Part shown: positions 1 to 7,039 of the stretch, in pieces
How the letters are laid out: each line of letters starts with the position of its first letter
Position numbering within the stretch: the first letter of the stretch is position 1
NCBI GenBank assembly: GCA_036679645.1
Contig: JAZDCY010000094.1
Coordinates: forward strand, 1-12,487
Direction of reading: 5' to 3'
Origin: Gemmatimonadota bacterium
GTDB lineage: Bacteria > Gemmatimonadota > Gemmatimonadetes > Gemmatimonadales > GWC2-71-9
Length of the DNA: 12,487 nucleotides
Position numbers and translations under genes: made by a program
Notes under the pieces: model-generated
The model's database searches: none
What the model was told of the DNA's origin: nothing
What the model saw: the letters and a program-made list of their open reading frames with translations, nothing else

Positions 1-114
1 CGGCGCGCAGTTCCGCGATGGTCATTGCCGTGCCCCAGAGGTCGGCGGCACCGCCGAACACGTAGCGGAGGATCTCGCCCTTGCCGGAGTCGGCCACAGA
101 CTTGGCAGCGCCGA
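1..114. repeat. Terminal direct repeat, copy 1 (114 bp); circularisation overlap
   Basis: 1-114 (cggcgcgcag...ttggcagcgccga) is identical to 12374-12487, giving a unit length of 12,373 bp. Confidence 0.98.
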
Positions 115-556
115 GCGCCACGTCGGAGCCGTCGTACAACTGGCAGCGGATGTTGGCCCCGAGGCCCGCGAAGGACGCCCAGATATGCGCGGTGAAACCC
201 ACGAGCGTTGCGGGGCCTGGCGGAGCCAGTAGCACCCTGTCCGTTTCGATGAGCTTCATTGTGAGCGCGCCGGAACCGGCGTTCTGTGACGACGCGACGG
301 TGCCGTCCTCTGCGCCCTCTGCGTTTGCGAGTGAGTCGGTCCACGAGCTACCGGCCTCGATCTCCTTGATGGTGAAACCGTATCGGCCCTCGACGTCGGC
401 GTAGCCTGGCAGGATGTCAATGTCCATTTCCGGCGCGGCGGGGCCGCCCGACGTGCCGATGAGGGCGACCCGAGCGCCGGGGTCGGCGACGGTCGAGGGA
501 ATGATGCGGCGGCGCTCCTGCAAAAACTCTTGTACCACCTGGCCGACGCCGTCCAT
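1..556 (-). CDS. 5' part of junction-spanning 219-aa beta-rich protein, putative spike / receptor-binding protein (continues at 12373-12270)
   Basis: Absent from the ORF track because it crosses the end. Manual translation from ATG 556 (TAATG overlap with upstream stop): MDGVGQVVQEFLQERRRIIPSTVADPGARVALIG...GANIRCQLYDGSDVALGAAKSVADSGKGEILRY, in frame with the 12270..12470 ORF; 556+104=660 nt. Confidence 0.88.
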   Translation of the reverse strand, partial: MDGVGQVVQEFLQERRRIIPSTVADPGARVALIGTSGGPAAPEMDIDILPGYADVEGRYGFTIKEIEAGSSWTDSLANAEGAEDGTVASSQNAGSGALTMKLIETDRVLLAPPGPATLVGFTAHIWASFAGLGANIRCQLYDGSDVALGAAKSVADSGKGEILRYVFGGAADLWGTAMTIAELRA

Positions 557-1287
557 TACAACCACTCGCGCTGCACGATTACCGGCGAGGTGTAGATCTC
601 GACCTTGGCGTACCCGACAATGATGCGCGTCGCGGCCGGTGTGTCTACGTACGTGCCTCGCATGACGAGCGCCACGTCGAGCGTATCGCGCCGCGCGATG
701 CGCAGGGCGGCCGGGAGGAACCGGCGGGCGCTGAACGTCCGCGACGGGACCGCGTCGGTGAAGTTCCCGGCCGGGAATGATTCGGCGATCATGTAGTTGC
801 GTGCCGTGTCGGGCGTGACCTGTCCGGCGGCCTGGTCGTTCTCGATCGCGGGGAGATCGACACGTCGGCTGTTCCATTGGCCCGCCCGCAGGCCGAGGTT
901 GCGCTCGATGACGATGGCGGCGCTGATGCCGTTGGTGTCGCCCCATGCCGTTATGGTGCCCGCCGATGGAGTTGCGGCCCCCGTCGGGTCCGTCGGTCTC
1001 AAGTCGATGTCTGCGCCGTGAAACAGGAAGTCCCCCGCGTTCTTCGCGTCGATGGACTTCAAGAGCCACCATGCGCTTTCGCCGCTGGCGATGGCGTCCC
1101 CAGCGAGCACGGTCAACTCGTGGAACCATGCGCGGTACGGCCGCAACGGCGACATGATGTCGGTGAGCGGTGGGCGGGCTGGCTTGCGCGGACCTGACGC
1201 CCCCGGCGCGGCCTGGCTGCCAATGCTGACTGTGATGCCAGCCCTCGCGAGGCGCGGATTGGGGTGCGGTTGGCTGAGGGTGGTCAC
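556..1287 (-). CDS. Beta-rich structural protein, possible penton/vertex or minor jelly-roll capsid protein (243 aa; start uncertain)
   Basis: GTG start 3 nt after the upstream stop; stop overlaps the next ATG; C-terminal alternating hydrophobic strands (LRIARRDTLDVALVM...IIVGYAKVEIY); lies in the structural block. Confidence 0.7.
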   Translation of the reverse strand: MTTLSQPHPNPRLARAGITVSIGSQAAPGASGPRKPARPPLTDIMSPLRPYRAWFHELTVLAGDAIASGESAWWLLKSIDAKNAGDFLFHGADIDLRPTDPTGAATPSAGTITAWGDTNGISAAIVIERNLGLRAGQWNSRRVDLPAIENDQAAGQVTPDTARNYMIAESFPAGNFTDAVPSRTFSARRFLPAALRIARRDTLDVALVMRGTYVDTPAATRIIVGYAKVEIYTSPVIVQREWL

Positions 1288-1290
1288 GGG

Positions 1291-1812
1291 CTACAGGTTC
1301 TTGTTGATGCGCTTGCCCATGAGTGCGAGGCGGGCGGTTGGCGCGATGTTGTCCGAATCGTTGTAGAGAGTGCAGCGTATCTGCGCACCCGGCGCGGCGA
1401 CGAACTGATGCAGCGGGAAGATCTGGCCGCCGGGGATCGAACACAGCGCGGCGGCGGGGACGGGATCACTCTGCCAGCGTTGGCCGCCCGCTTCCAGTTC
1501 CATTCGGAAGTGAGAGAGCGAGAGCCCGGTGTTGAGCGTGCCGCTGGCGTTGGTGTTCTCAATCCAACCCGGACCAGCGCCCAGCGTCGAACCCTCCTCG
1601 TCGGCCACGTGCGCTGGTAACAGGAACATATTGGACACGACGAAAATGGTTTCGCTGTCAACGGTGACGGTGGCGTCGTCGCTGGTCAGCGTCCCGACGG
1701 CCGTATCCCACTCGATCATGTAGATGTAGCTGTAGTTGTTCGGCGCGTGGATCTGGCCGAGGTTGTCGATGCCCAAGTGTTGCAGAACGTCGGCGACGCT
1801 GTTCAGTTCCAT
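1291..1812 (-). CDS. Putative second single-jelly-roll capsid protein (173 aa)
   Basis: AGGAG RBS 7 nt before ATG; beta-strand pattern (YSYIYMIEW, TVTVDSETIFVVS, FRMELEA, IRCTLYN, ARLALMG); C-terminal half parallels the 227-aa upstream protein. Confidence 0.7.
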   Translation of the reverse strand: MELNSVADVLQHLGIDNLGQIHAPNNYSYIYMIEWDTAVGTLTSDDATVTVDSETIFVVSNMFLLPAHVADEEGSTLGAGPGWIENTNASGTLNTGLSLSHFRMELEAGGQRWQSDPVPAAALCSIPGGQIFPLHQFVAAPGAQIRCTLYNDSDNIAPTARLALMGKRINKNL

Positions 1813-1831
1813 GTGGTGGCTCCTGTTGTGA

Positions 1832-1864
1832 AAATGTCCCGCACACCGTTGGGTGTGCGGGCAT
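1832..1864 (-). terminator. Intrinsic terminator-like hairpin after the putative major capsid gene
   Basis: Minus strand CCCGCACACC-CAAC-GGTGTGCGGG (perfect 10-bp stem, 1838-1861) followed by ACATTTT, 17 nt after the stop at 1879. Confidence 0.7.
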
Positions 1865-1878
1865 GGAGGAGAGAGAGA

Positions 1879-2562
1879 TCAGAGGTTGGCGGGCGAGACG
1901 AGGATGCCCTCGATCTGGCAGACGAGTATGACGGGAGCCGCCACGGCTATGGCCACGTCGTTGGTGACGCGCACCCGCAGCGTCTTGCCGGGCAGCGCCG
2001 CAATCGGGTAGCGCAGTCCGTACTTGTTTGCGAGTGCCGGGATGCCGTTGGTGTACGCGATGGACTGGTGGTATACGGCGGCGATCTCGCTCGTGCATGA
2101 GGTCATCGCTGCGCCGATGCCGAGCGGGTAGTTTTCCATGCCTTGCCCGTCGATGAACGTCCGCGAGCCGATGGTCCCGACCACTCGGCCGAGCTGCATC
2201 ATGCCGCGTACGTCTTCCGCCTGCAAGATGGGGAGAACGCTAGCCAGACCGAGATCCGCACCCGCCTCTGCGGTGTAGTCGGTGCTGTGGCCGTGTATGA
2301 CGTTGAACCCGAAGTGAGTCACCCAGAGCGCGTGCTCCTCGGGGAGTCCCGACGCGCCCGGCCAGTTGGTGATGTACTCCGACTCCGACGCGCTGAAAAA
2401 CGTGCGCGACGTGAAGCCGCCGACGGCTACGTCGGTGCTGTGAAAGTACGTCGCGGGGCGCACGTTGTACTGCTGAAGATCCAAGGGCGTCACGCGCCCG
2501 GTGAGAACGCGGTCAAAGACGGCCGCTGTTTCGCTGTTGAGTCCGGGCCACTTGGTTGCCAT
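1879..2562 (-). CDS. Putative major capsid protein, single jelly-roll type (227 aa)
   Basis: AAAGGA RBS; followed by a terminator-like hairpin, suggesting high expression; beta-rich with RTFF...TNWPGASGLPEEHALWVTHFGF and PIAALPGKTLRVRVTND...ILVCQIEGIL. Fold assignment is inference. Confidence 0.65.
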   Translation of the reverse strand: MATKWPGLNSETAAVFDRVLTGRVTPLDLQQYNVRPATYFHSTDVAVGGFTSRTFFSASESEYITNWPGASGLPEEHALWVTHFGFNVIHGHSTDYTAEAGADLGLASVLPILQAEDVRGMMQLGRVVGTIGSRTFIDGQGMENYPLGIGAAMTSCTSEIAAVYHQSIAYTNGIPALANKYGLRYPIAALPGKTLRVRVTNDVAIAVAAPVILVCQIEGILVSPANL

Positions 2563-2684
2563 GGTACTGTCCTTTCAGGGTCGGCCCGCTTTGTTCGGCC
2601 GCGTGGATTCGTTCTGCCGGTTCGGTTTCGCGCTGGGGCTACGGGTCCAGCGCTCGGGGGTTCGTGCGTCTCCGTCAATTCAGG

Positions 2685-2702
2685 CGGCCCGTTCTCGGGC
2701 CG
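2685..2702 (-). other. GC hairpin just downstream of the basic-protein stop (mRNA stability/processing?)
   Basis: CGGCCCG-TTCT-CGGGCCG, 7-bp perfect stem, no U-tract, in the 150-nt leader of the putative MCP gene. Confidence 0.35.
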
Positions 2703-2713
2703 ATCGGTCGTCC

Positions 2714-3355
2714 TCACGTGCTGAGAGCGTCTGCGAGCGCTTCGAGTTCATCGACGGCCATTGCGTCCTCGCGGGCGTCGGTGATCTGCAACGGGTCGTT
2801 TGGGTCGTCTGACTCGCCGAGTGCGCCGCCCTCGATGCCCTTGAGTCCTGGCACCTTCGCGAGCATGCCGCCCGCCACGTCGAGCGCCGGGCTCATTAGC
2901 CCGCCGATCACGATGGCCCTGGTGTCGGCTGCGTTCAGCCCCGCGAATTTGCGCAGGACCATGCCGAGTGCGATGGCCGCGCCCGCCTTGGCGAAGATGC
3001 GAGACGTGCCCTTCTTGAACTGCGGTGGGATGGGTGCCTTGTCCACGATCAACTGGACGCCGATGAATCCGGCCGTGCCGAACGCGACTTGTTTCGGCGC
3101 ACCGGCGGGAATGAATGTGAACGCGCGGGCCTTCCGGGGTGTCCGCCGCTTCTTGCTCGTTTTCCTTCTGGCCACGGTTTTTCTCCTTGTCGGTTTCCGG
3201 GTGGTCCGGCGTTTGGCGGTCGTGCGCTTCTTGGTCGTGCGCTTCCTGGTGCTCTTGCGGGTCGTCTTCTTGCGAAGGTTCCGGCGGCGCGTGGCGCGTC
3301 CCTTGGCGAGTACTGCCAGTTGCTTACGTGAGAGTTTGCGTTTGCGCTTGGCCAT
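2714..3355 (-). CDS. Arg/Lys-rich histone/protamine-like protein with hydrophobic segments and acidic tail; putative genome-condensing core protein (213 aa)
   Basis: GGAGG RBS 8 nt before ATG 3355 (alternative ATG 3361); the first ~75 aa are dominated by K/R/T (RKKTTRKSTRKRTTKKRTTAKRRTTRKPTRRK), then Gly/Ala hydrophobic helices, then GALG followed by an acidic tail (ESDDPNDP...DELEALADALST). Confidence 0.85.
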   Translation of the reverse strand: MAKRKRKLSRKQLAVLAKGRATRRRNLRKKTTRKSTRKRTTKKRTTAKRRTTRKPTRRKTVARRKTSKKRRTPRKARAFTFIPAGAPKQVAFGTAGFIGVQLIVDKAPIPPQFKKGTSRIFAKAGAAIALGMVLRKFAGLNAADTRAIVIGGLMSPALDVAGGMLAKVPGLKGIEGGALGESDDPNDPLQITDAREDAMAVDELEALADALST

Positions 3356-3357
3356 GT

Positions 3358-4023
3358 TCATCGCCTCCCGAGGATGCGCCGGGGCGTGCGGGTAAAGAAC
3401 CAGAGGGCGGCGAGCCCGAGCAATACGCCGGTGCCTCCGAGTGCGAATCCAAACGATGCCGGTGTGATGCTGCGGATGGCCGTGACCATCGCCCCCTCGC
3501 TGGCGTTGTTCCAGTCGATGCGCGAGGTTGGCGGGTTGCGCTTCCACGGGTTGACGTTCTCGCCGCGGCGCTTCCGCTCTGCCTGCACGGCCACGAGCGC
3601 GTCCTGGCTCGCGTCGTCGGCCTGGTTCGAGCGGAGTTCGAGCACTGGCAGCAAGCGGCGCATCTCGCCCAGGTCGATCGCGACGGACAGCGCCCAGGAC
3701 TCAATCGACGGTACGCCGCGATGCGCCCGGCCCCGGTAGGGGTTGCGGGCGATGTCGGCGCGGGCTTCGTCAATGAGCACGCGAGCGAGCGCGGCGAAAC
3801 CCTCCAAGGTGCCGACGGACTCGCCGAACACGGCGAGCGGCGGGATGGACTTGCCGCCGAGTTTCCCGACCATGCTCTGGTGGAGTTTGCGCATGCCGAC
3901 GGTGCGGGCCTGGTACGCCATGAGCGCGTCAACTTGTAGAGCTGCTCTGCGTTGGTCTCGCGCGAGCACAAAGCCGACGCGGCCGAGTTCCCCGAGGTTG
4001 GTGTCTGCGTGTTCCAGGTACAT
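3358..4023 (-). CDS. Putative virion membrane protein with C-terminal TM anchor (221 aa)
   Basis: Likely start ATG 4023 (MYLEHADTNLGELG), 2 nt after the upstream stop; C-terminal FGFALGGTGVLLGLAALWFF followed by a basic tail RTPRRILGRR. Confidence 0.8.
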   Translation of the reverse strand: MYLEHADTNLGELGRVGFVLARDQRRAALQVDALMAYQARTVGMRKLHQSMVGKLGGKSIPPLAVFGESVGTLEGFAALARVLIDEARADIARNPYRGRAHRGVPSIESWALSVAIDLGEMRRLLPVLELRSNQADDASQDALVAVQAERKRRGENVNPWKRNPPTSRIDWNNASEGAMVTAIRSITPASFGFALGGTGVLLGLAALWFFTRTPRRILGRR

Positions 4024-4025
4024 GG

Positions 4026-4493
4026 TCAGCTTCCCAGTAGCAACAGTGCTGCCGCGCCGCCCGCAACCATGAGCGTCACGGGGTTCGTGCCCAGCGTCTT
4101 GGCGATCGACGTGATGTCCGCAACCGGCCTGCCCGTTATTTGTGATGCACGGGCCACCTGCGCCTGGATGGCCTTCACCCGCGCCCTGGCCTGCGCTTCG
4201 GCCGCCTGTTTGGCCTTCTTCTGTTTGAGCGCCGCCCTCTTGACGATGGCCCTCTGTTCCGGGTCGAGTTGCGCCCCGACGGCGAGTACGGCTCCGCCCG
4301 CCGCCGGTCCCCCGTAGATCGTCGCGGCGGTCGCGCCTGCGATGATCGCCGTTTTGGTGAGCGTGTTCTTGTTGCGCTTCACAAACTTCGAGAAGACCGA
4401 GCCCATCTGTCCCATACCCTGGTCCGACTGCGCAAAGCTGTCGATGTCGAGCCAGTCGATGAGCTGTGTGCTGTGTGCTTGTGCGGTGGTCAT
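4026..4493 (-). CDS. Putative virion membrane protein, DWLDIDS paralogue B (155 aa)
   Basis: Acidic leader IDWLDIDS..GMGQMG, internal hydrophobic stretch, basic helical region, hydrophobic C-terminus; shares two motifs with 4503..4874. Confidence 0.85.
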   Translation of the reverse strand: MTTAQAHSTQLIDWLDIDSFAQSDQGMGQMGSVFSKFVKRNKNTLTKTAIIAGATAATIYGGPAAGGAVLAVGAQLDPEQRAIVKRAALKQKKAKQAAEAQARARVKAIQAQVARASQITGRPVADITSIAKTLGTNPVTLMVAGGAAALLLLGS

Positions 4494-4502
4494 GGCTCAT
4501 AT

Positions 4503-4874
4503 TCAACGACGCTTTTTGACGATCAGGGCCACGGCGACTGCCGCGACAACTGCGGTGGCTACGGTCCCGACGAGTGCGGGCCTGGCGGACGACTGTGCTG
4601 AGGGCGCTGTAGCGCCCGGAATGACGATGATTTGCGGGGCGGCGGCGGCGGCGGATGCCGGGGCTCCGGACCTGGTTGCAAACGCCGACGCGAATTGCCC
4701 GGCGGTCTTGGTGAGCGTGGCGAGGTTGCGCTGCAGGAAGTTGCCGAACAGAGTCCCGGTACCGCCGGGGTTGTCGGTGATGGATGACGTCTGCAACGAG
4801 AGCGGGAGGATGGCCGCCCCGAGTGCGCCGTCGGTTCCCATGCTGTCAATGTCGAGCCAGTCTAAATCGAGCAT
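4503..4874 (-). CDS. Putative virion membrane protein, DWLDIDS paralogue A (123 aa)
   Basis: GGAG RBS; leader LDWLDIDSMGTDGALG; C-terminal TM LVGTVATAVVAAVAVALIV followed by KKRR. Confidence 0.85.
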   Translation of the reverse strand: MLDLDWLDIDSMGTDGALGAAILPLSLQTSSITDNPGGTGTLFGNFLQRNLATLTKTAGQFASAFATRSGAPASAAAAAPQIIVIPGATAPSAQSSARPALVGTVATAVVAAVAVALIVKKRR

Positions 4875-4901
4875 CGCTTTACTCCGGGCAAACGCTACCG
4901 A

Positions 4902-4939
4902 GACAACTGTCCCCGCCCTCGAGGGCTGGGACGTTCGTC
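4902..4939. promoter_or_regulatory. GACA-NN-TGTC box plus a degenerate second box upstream of the structural operon
   Basis: GACAACTGTC at 4902-4911 and GACGTTCGTC at 4930-4939 (within GGGAC-GTTC-GTCCC), 28 bp apart in a 66-nt intergenic gap; same motif and similar spacing as the 11697-11867 array. Confidence 0.6.
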
Positions 4940-4940
4940 C

Positions 4941-5258
4941 CTACGCGCCAAACTCTCCGCGCTTCGGTGGCTTCTTCGACGCCACGACGGGCCACGGGCC
5001 GGGCGACTTGCCGGTGTCGCGCGAGTATTTCCCGCGCAGGTCGTTGTACGCTTTTGAGTAGACCAGGCGTTGCTTCCACGCCCAAGTGGTGGTGGCCGTC
5101 TTCCAGAGGTACAGCGCCTTGAATCGGCTCGCGCTACCGGCGGCGGCTTTCACGACCTTCAACACCTTCGCGGGAGCGAACGCCATGCCGCCGCCCGTCG
5201 GTCCGCCCAATGGTCCTGGCATGGTGCCCGTTGGCATGAGTCCGGTGCCGATGCTCAT
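4941..5258 (-). CDS. Hypothetical basic protein with Gly/Pro-rich N-terminus (105 aa)
   Basis: AGGAG RBS; ATGA overlap with the upstream stop; Lys/Trp/Tyr-rich body. Confidence 0.7.
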   Translation of the reverse strand: MSIGTGLMPTGTMPGPLGGPTGGGMAFAPAKVLKVVKAAAGSASRFKALYLWKTATTTWAWKQRLVYSKAYNDLRGKYSRDTGKSPGPWPVVASKKPPKRGEFGA

Positions 5259-5473
5259 AGCTTTTCTCCTGCGGCTTCGAGCCTGGTGATGCGCTCGCCG
5301 TGGTTCTTCACGGTCTTCGTGGTCTCGTGCTGTGTCTCGTCCAGGTGCGTCAACGTGGCCTCTAGTCTTCCCATTGCGCGGGCCGTCTTGCCTGATGCGA
5401 GAAGCGTCCCGAGCGCTGAAGCGAGCGAGGCGAGGGCGACCGCCACGGCGGCTATTGCCACTGTGGCAGTCAC
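5255..5473 (-). CDS. Small membrane protein with coiled-coil tail, holin/XhlA-like (72 aa)
   Basis: GTGA overlap; N-terminal TM (VAIAAVAVALASLASALGTLLA) then heptad region ending HGERITRLE, an architecture common in phage lysis-cassette membrane proteins. Confidence 0.65.
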   Translation of the reverse strand: MTATVAIAAVAVALASLASALGTLLASGKTARAMGRLEATLTHLDETQHETTKTVKNHGERITRLEAAGEKL

Positions 5474-6048
5474 GCCCTCGTCACCGGATGCGGTGGCGCG
5501 GTGTGTCTCGCGCCGTTTATCTTTATGACCTTGTCTTTCCTGCGTGAGTCGGCGAACGAACCCGCGCCGAGTATCATCCCGGCCGTTCCCAACAGCGGTA
5601 ACAGTGTCGGCATCGCGGTGCCCGCCACGGCCGACAGCGCGTCAAACGCCATGCGCCTGGTTTCCTGCTCGCGCTCGAACGTCTCCCACGAGGCGCGTGC
5701 CGTCAGTTCCAGGGTGGCTACGGCCGTCGCTCGCTCCTCCGCTCGTTCGTCGGAGTCGCCCAGAGCGTTGGCAATGTCACGCTCGGCCTGGGCGGTGATC
5801 TGGGCGACGGTGCGCGCGGTGGCCCGTTCGTCCGCTCGCGCGTCGGCGTCGGCCTGGACGCGGGCTGATTCCAGTTCCGCGCTGAACTGCTCGGGGCTGA
5901 CCGCCTCGCCTGTGACGGCGCTGGTCAGCGTGCCCGCGCAGCCAGTCGGCGAGAACGCCACCCACGCGAGCATCAACGCGCCCGCGATGCTGATCGCGGT
6001 GTATCGGTTGTGGTCGATGGTCTTGAGGGCGCTGTGCGCGAGGTCCAT
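5470..6048 (-). CDS. Putative lipoprotein with helical central region and C-terminal hydrophobic anchor (spanin-like topology, 192 aa)
   Basis: Hydrophobic signal ending PTG-C (imperfect lipobox); Ala/Glu/Arg coiled-coil-like region; hydrophobic ALSAVAGTAMPTLLPLLGTAGMILGAGSFA then RRKDK. Confidence 0.7.
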   Translation of the reverse strand: MDLAHSALKTIDHNRYTAISIAGALMLAWVAFSPTGCAGTLTSAVTGEAVSPEQFSAELESARVQADADARADERATARTVAQITAQAERDIANALGDSDERAEERATAVATLELTARASWETFEREQETRRMAFDALSAVAGTAMPTLLPLLGTAGMILGAGSFADSRRKDKVIKINGARHTAPPHPVTRA

Positions 6049-6078
6049 GCCTCAGCGAACGCCCGCGGCGCGGTGCTG

Positions 6079-6345
6079 TCAACGCTTCGTTTTGCGATTG
6101 CCGCGCGTGCGCCGCTTGAAAGCCTGGAAGTCGGACCAGTCGGCCGACTCTGCCCATTGCATGAATGAGATCTCTAGCACCGCGCCGATGCGCATGAGCG
6201 TATCCGCCGATGGCATGGCCCCGCCTTCGATGCGCCGTATCGTCTCCCGGTGGAGTCCCGCCTGTCCCGCCACGTCGGCGATTGACAACTTGCGGTGGAG
6301 GCGTGCTTTCCTGACACGCTTGCCGATGGGCATGCGCCGGGTCAC
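6079..6345 (-). CDS. XRE/Cro-CI family helix-turn-helix regulator (88 aa)
   Basis: IGKRVRKARLHRKLSIADVAGQAGLHRETIRRIEGGAMPSADTLMRIGAVLEI is a classic HTH_3 pattern; GGAGG 8 nt before GTG 6345 (alternative ATG 6333). Confidence 0.9.
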   Translation of the reverse strand: MTRRMPIGKRVRKARLHRKLSIADVAGQAGLHRETIRRIEGGAMPSADTLMRIGAVLEISFMQWAESADWSDFQAFKRRTRGNRKTKR

Positions 6346-6475
6346 GGCTTCCGCCTCCGTGCCGCGTCGCGTCTCGCGATGCTCCGGTCCACCCACAGCC
6401 ACTTAGGAATCAGGCAGATGTTCACGACGATTGCGCACGCGCCCCACATGATGCGGCTGGCTCGCTCGCGCGGGC

Positions 6476-7036
6476 CTACACGTTTATCAGCCATACTTTG
6501 CGCCTTCCGTGGCGTGCCTCGTTGCCGACGCGCCGCATCTCCTGCGGGTCGAACGCGAGCGCCTTGCCGGACCCGGTGACGACTCCCGCGTAGACGTGCG
6601 AGAACGCGAAACCGCCCGGCTCGGCGATGGTGATGAACACGGGAGTGAACCCAGCGCCGAGCAACAGCGCGGCGGCGAGCGGTGCCGACTCGTCACAGTC
6701 AACGCACGCGCGTGCGCCGCCGGTCGTAGAGGCGGCGATCTCTTGTAGAATCAGGTCCGGGTGCTTGATCCGCTCGACGCCCTTGGGGTCCTTGCAAAAG
6801 TCTACGTTGCGCTGCATCCACTTGAACAAAGCCACGAGCCGCGCGGGGCGGGAGTCCGTCCCCGCCACGATCCGCGCGGCTGTGGCCCGTGTGTTCCCTC
6901 GCTCATTGGCATCTTGCACGAGCGAGCGCATGGACGCGATCGTATCGGCGACGCCCCGGTCCCCTTTGGCGAGCGGTATCCGCAGCGCTTGCTCAGTGTC
7001 CGGGTGATGGATTTCGAGAACGTCGCCGAGTGCCAT
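6476..7036 (-). CDS. Transglutaminase-like (papain-fold) Cys-His-Asp enzyme, putative cysteine protease (186 aa)
   Basis: GGAG RBS; ALFKWMQRNVDF..DP..VE, catalytic-type VDCDE, FSHVYA and AFDP motifs in the order typical of the transglutaminase-like superfamily. Confidence 0.85.
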   Translation of the reverse strand: MALGDVLEIHHPDTEQALRIPLAKGDRGVADTIASMRSLVQDANERGNTRATAARIVAGTDSRPARLVALFKWMQRNVDFCKDPKGVERIKHPDLILQEIAASTTGGARACVDCDESAPLAAALLLGAGFTPVFITIAEPGGFAFSHVYAGVVTGSGKALAFDPQEMRRVGNEARHGRRKVWLINV

Positions 7037-7039
7037 GGC

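Noticed and set aside
1..114. Biological terminal repeat or att site
   Set aside because: The repeat falls mid-CDS and the ORF is intact only when circularised; there is no integrase. An assembly overlap is the simplest explanation.
2490..2717. 75-aa minus-strand ORF between the basic protein and the putative MCP
   Set aside because: Low-complexity Pro/Arg/Thr sequence overlapping the MCP start by 73 nt; more likely an untranslated leader, although its GTGA coupling means it cannot be fully excluded.
6555..6590. VTGSGKA as a Walker A motif of a packaging ATPase
   Set aside because: It lacks GK[ST] and a Walker B, and lies between the His and Asp motifs of the transglutaminase-like fold.
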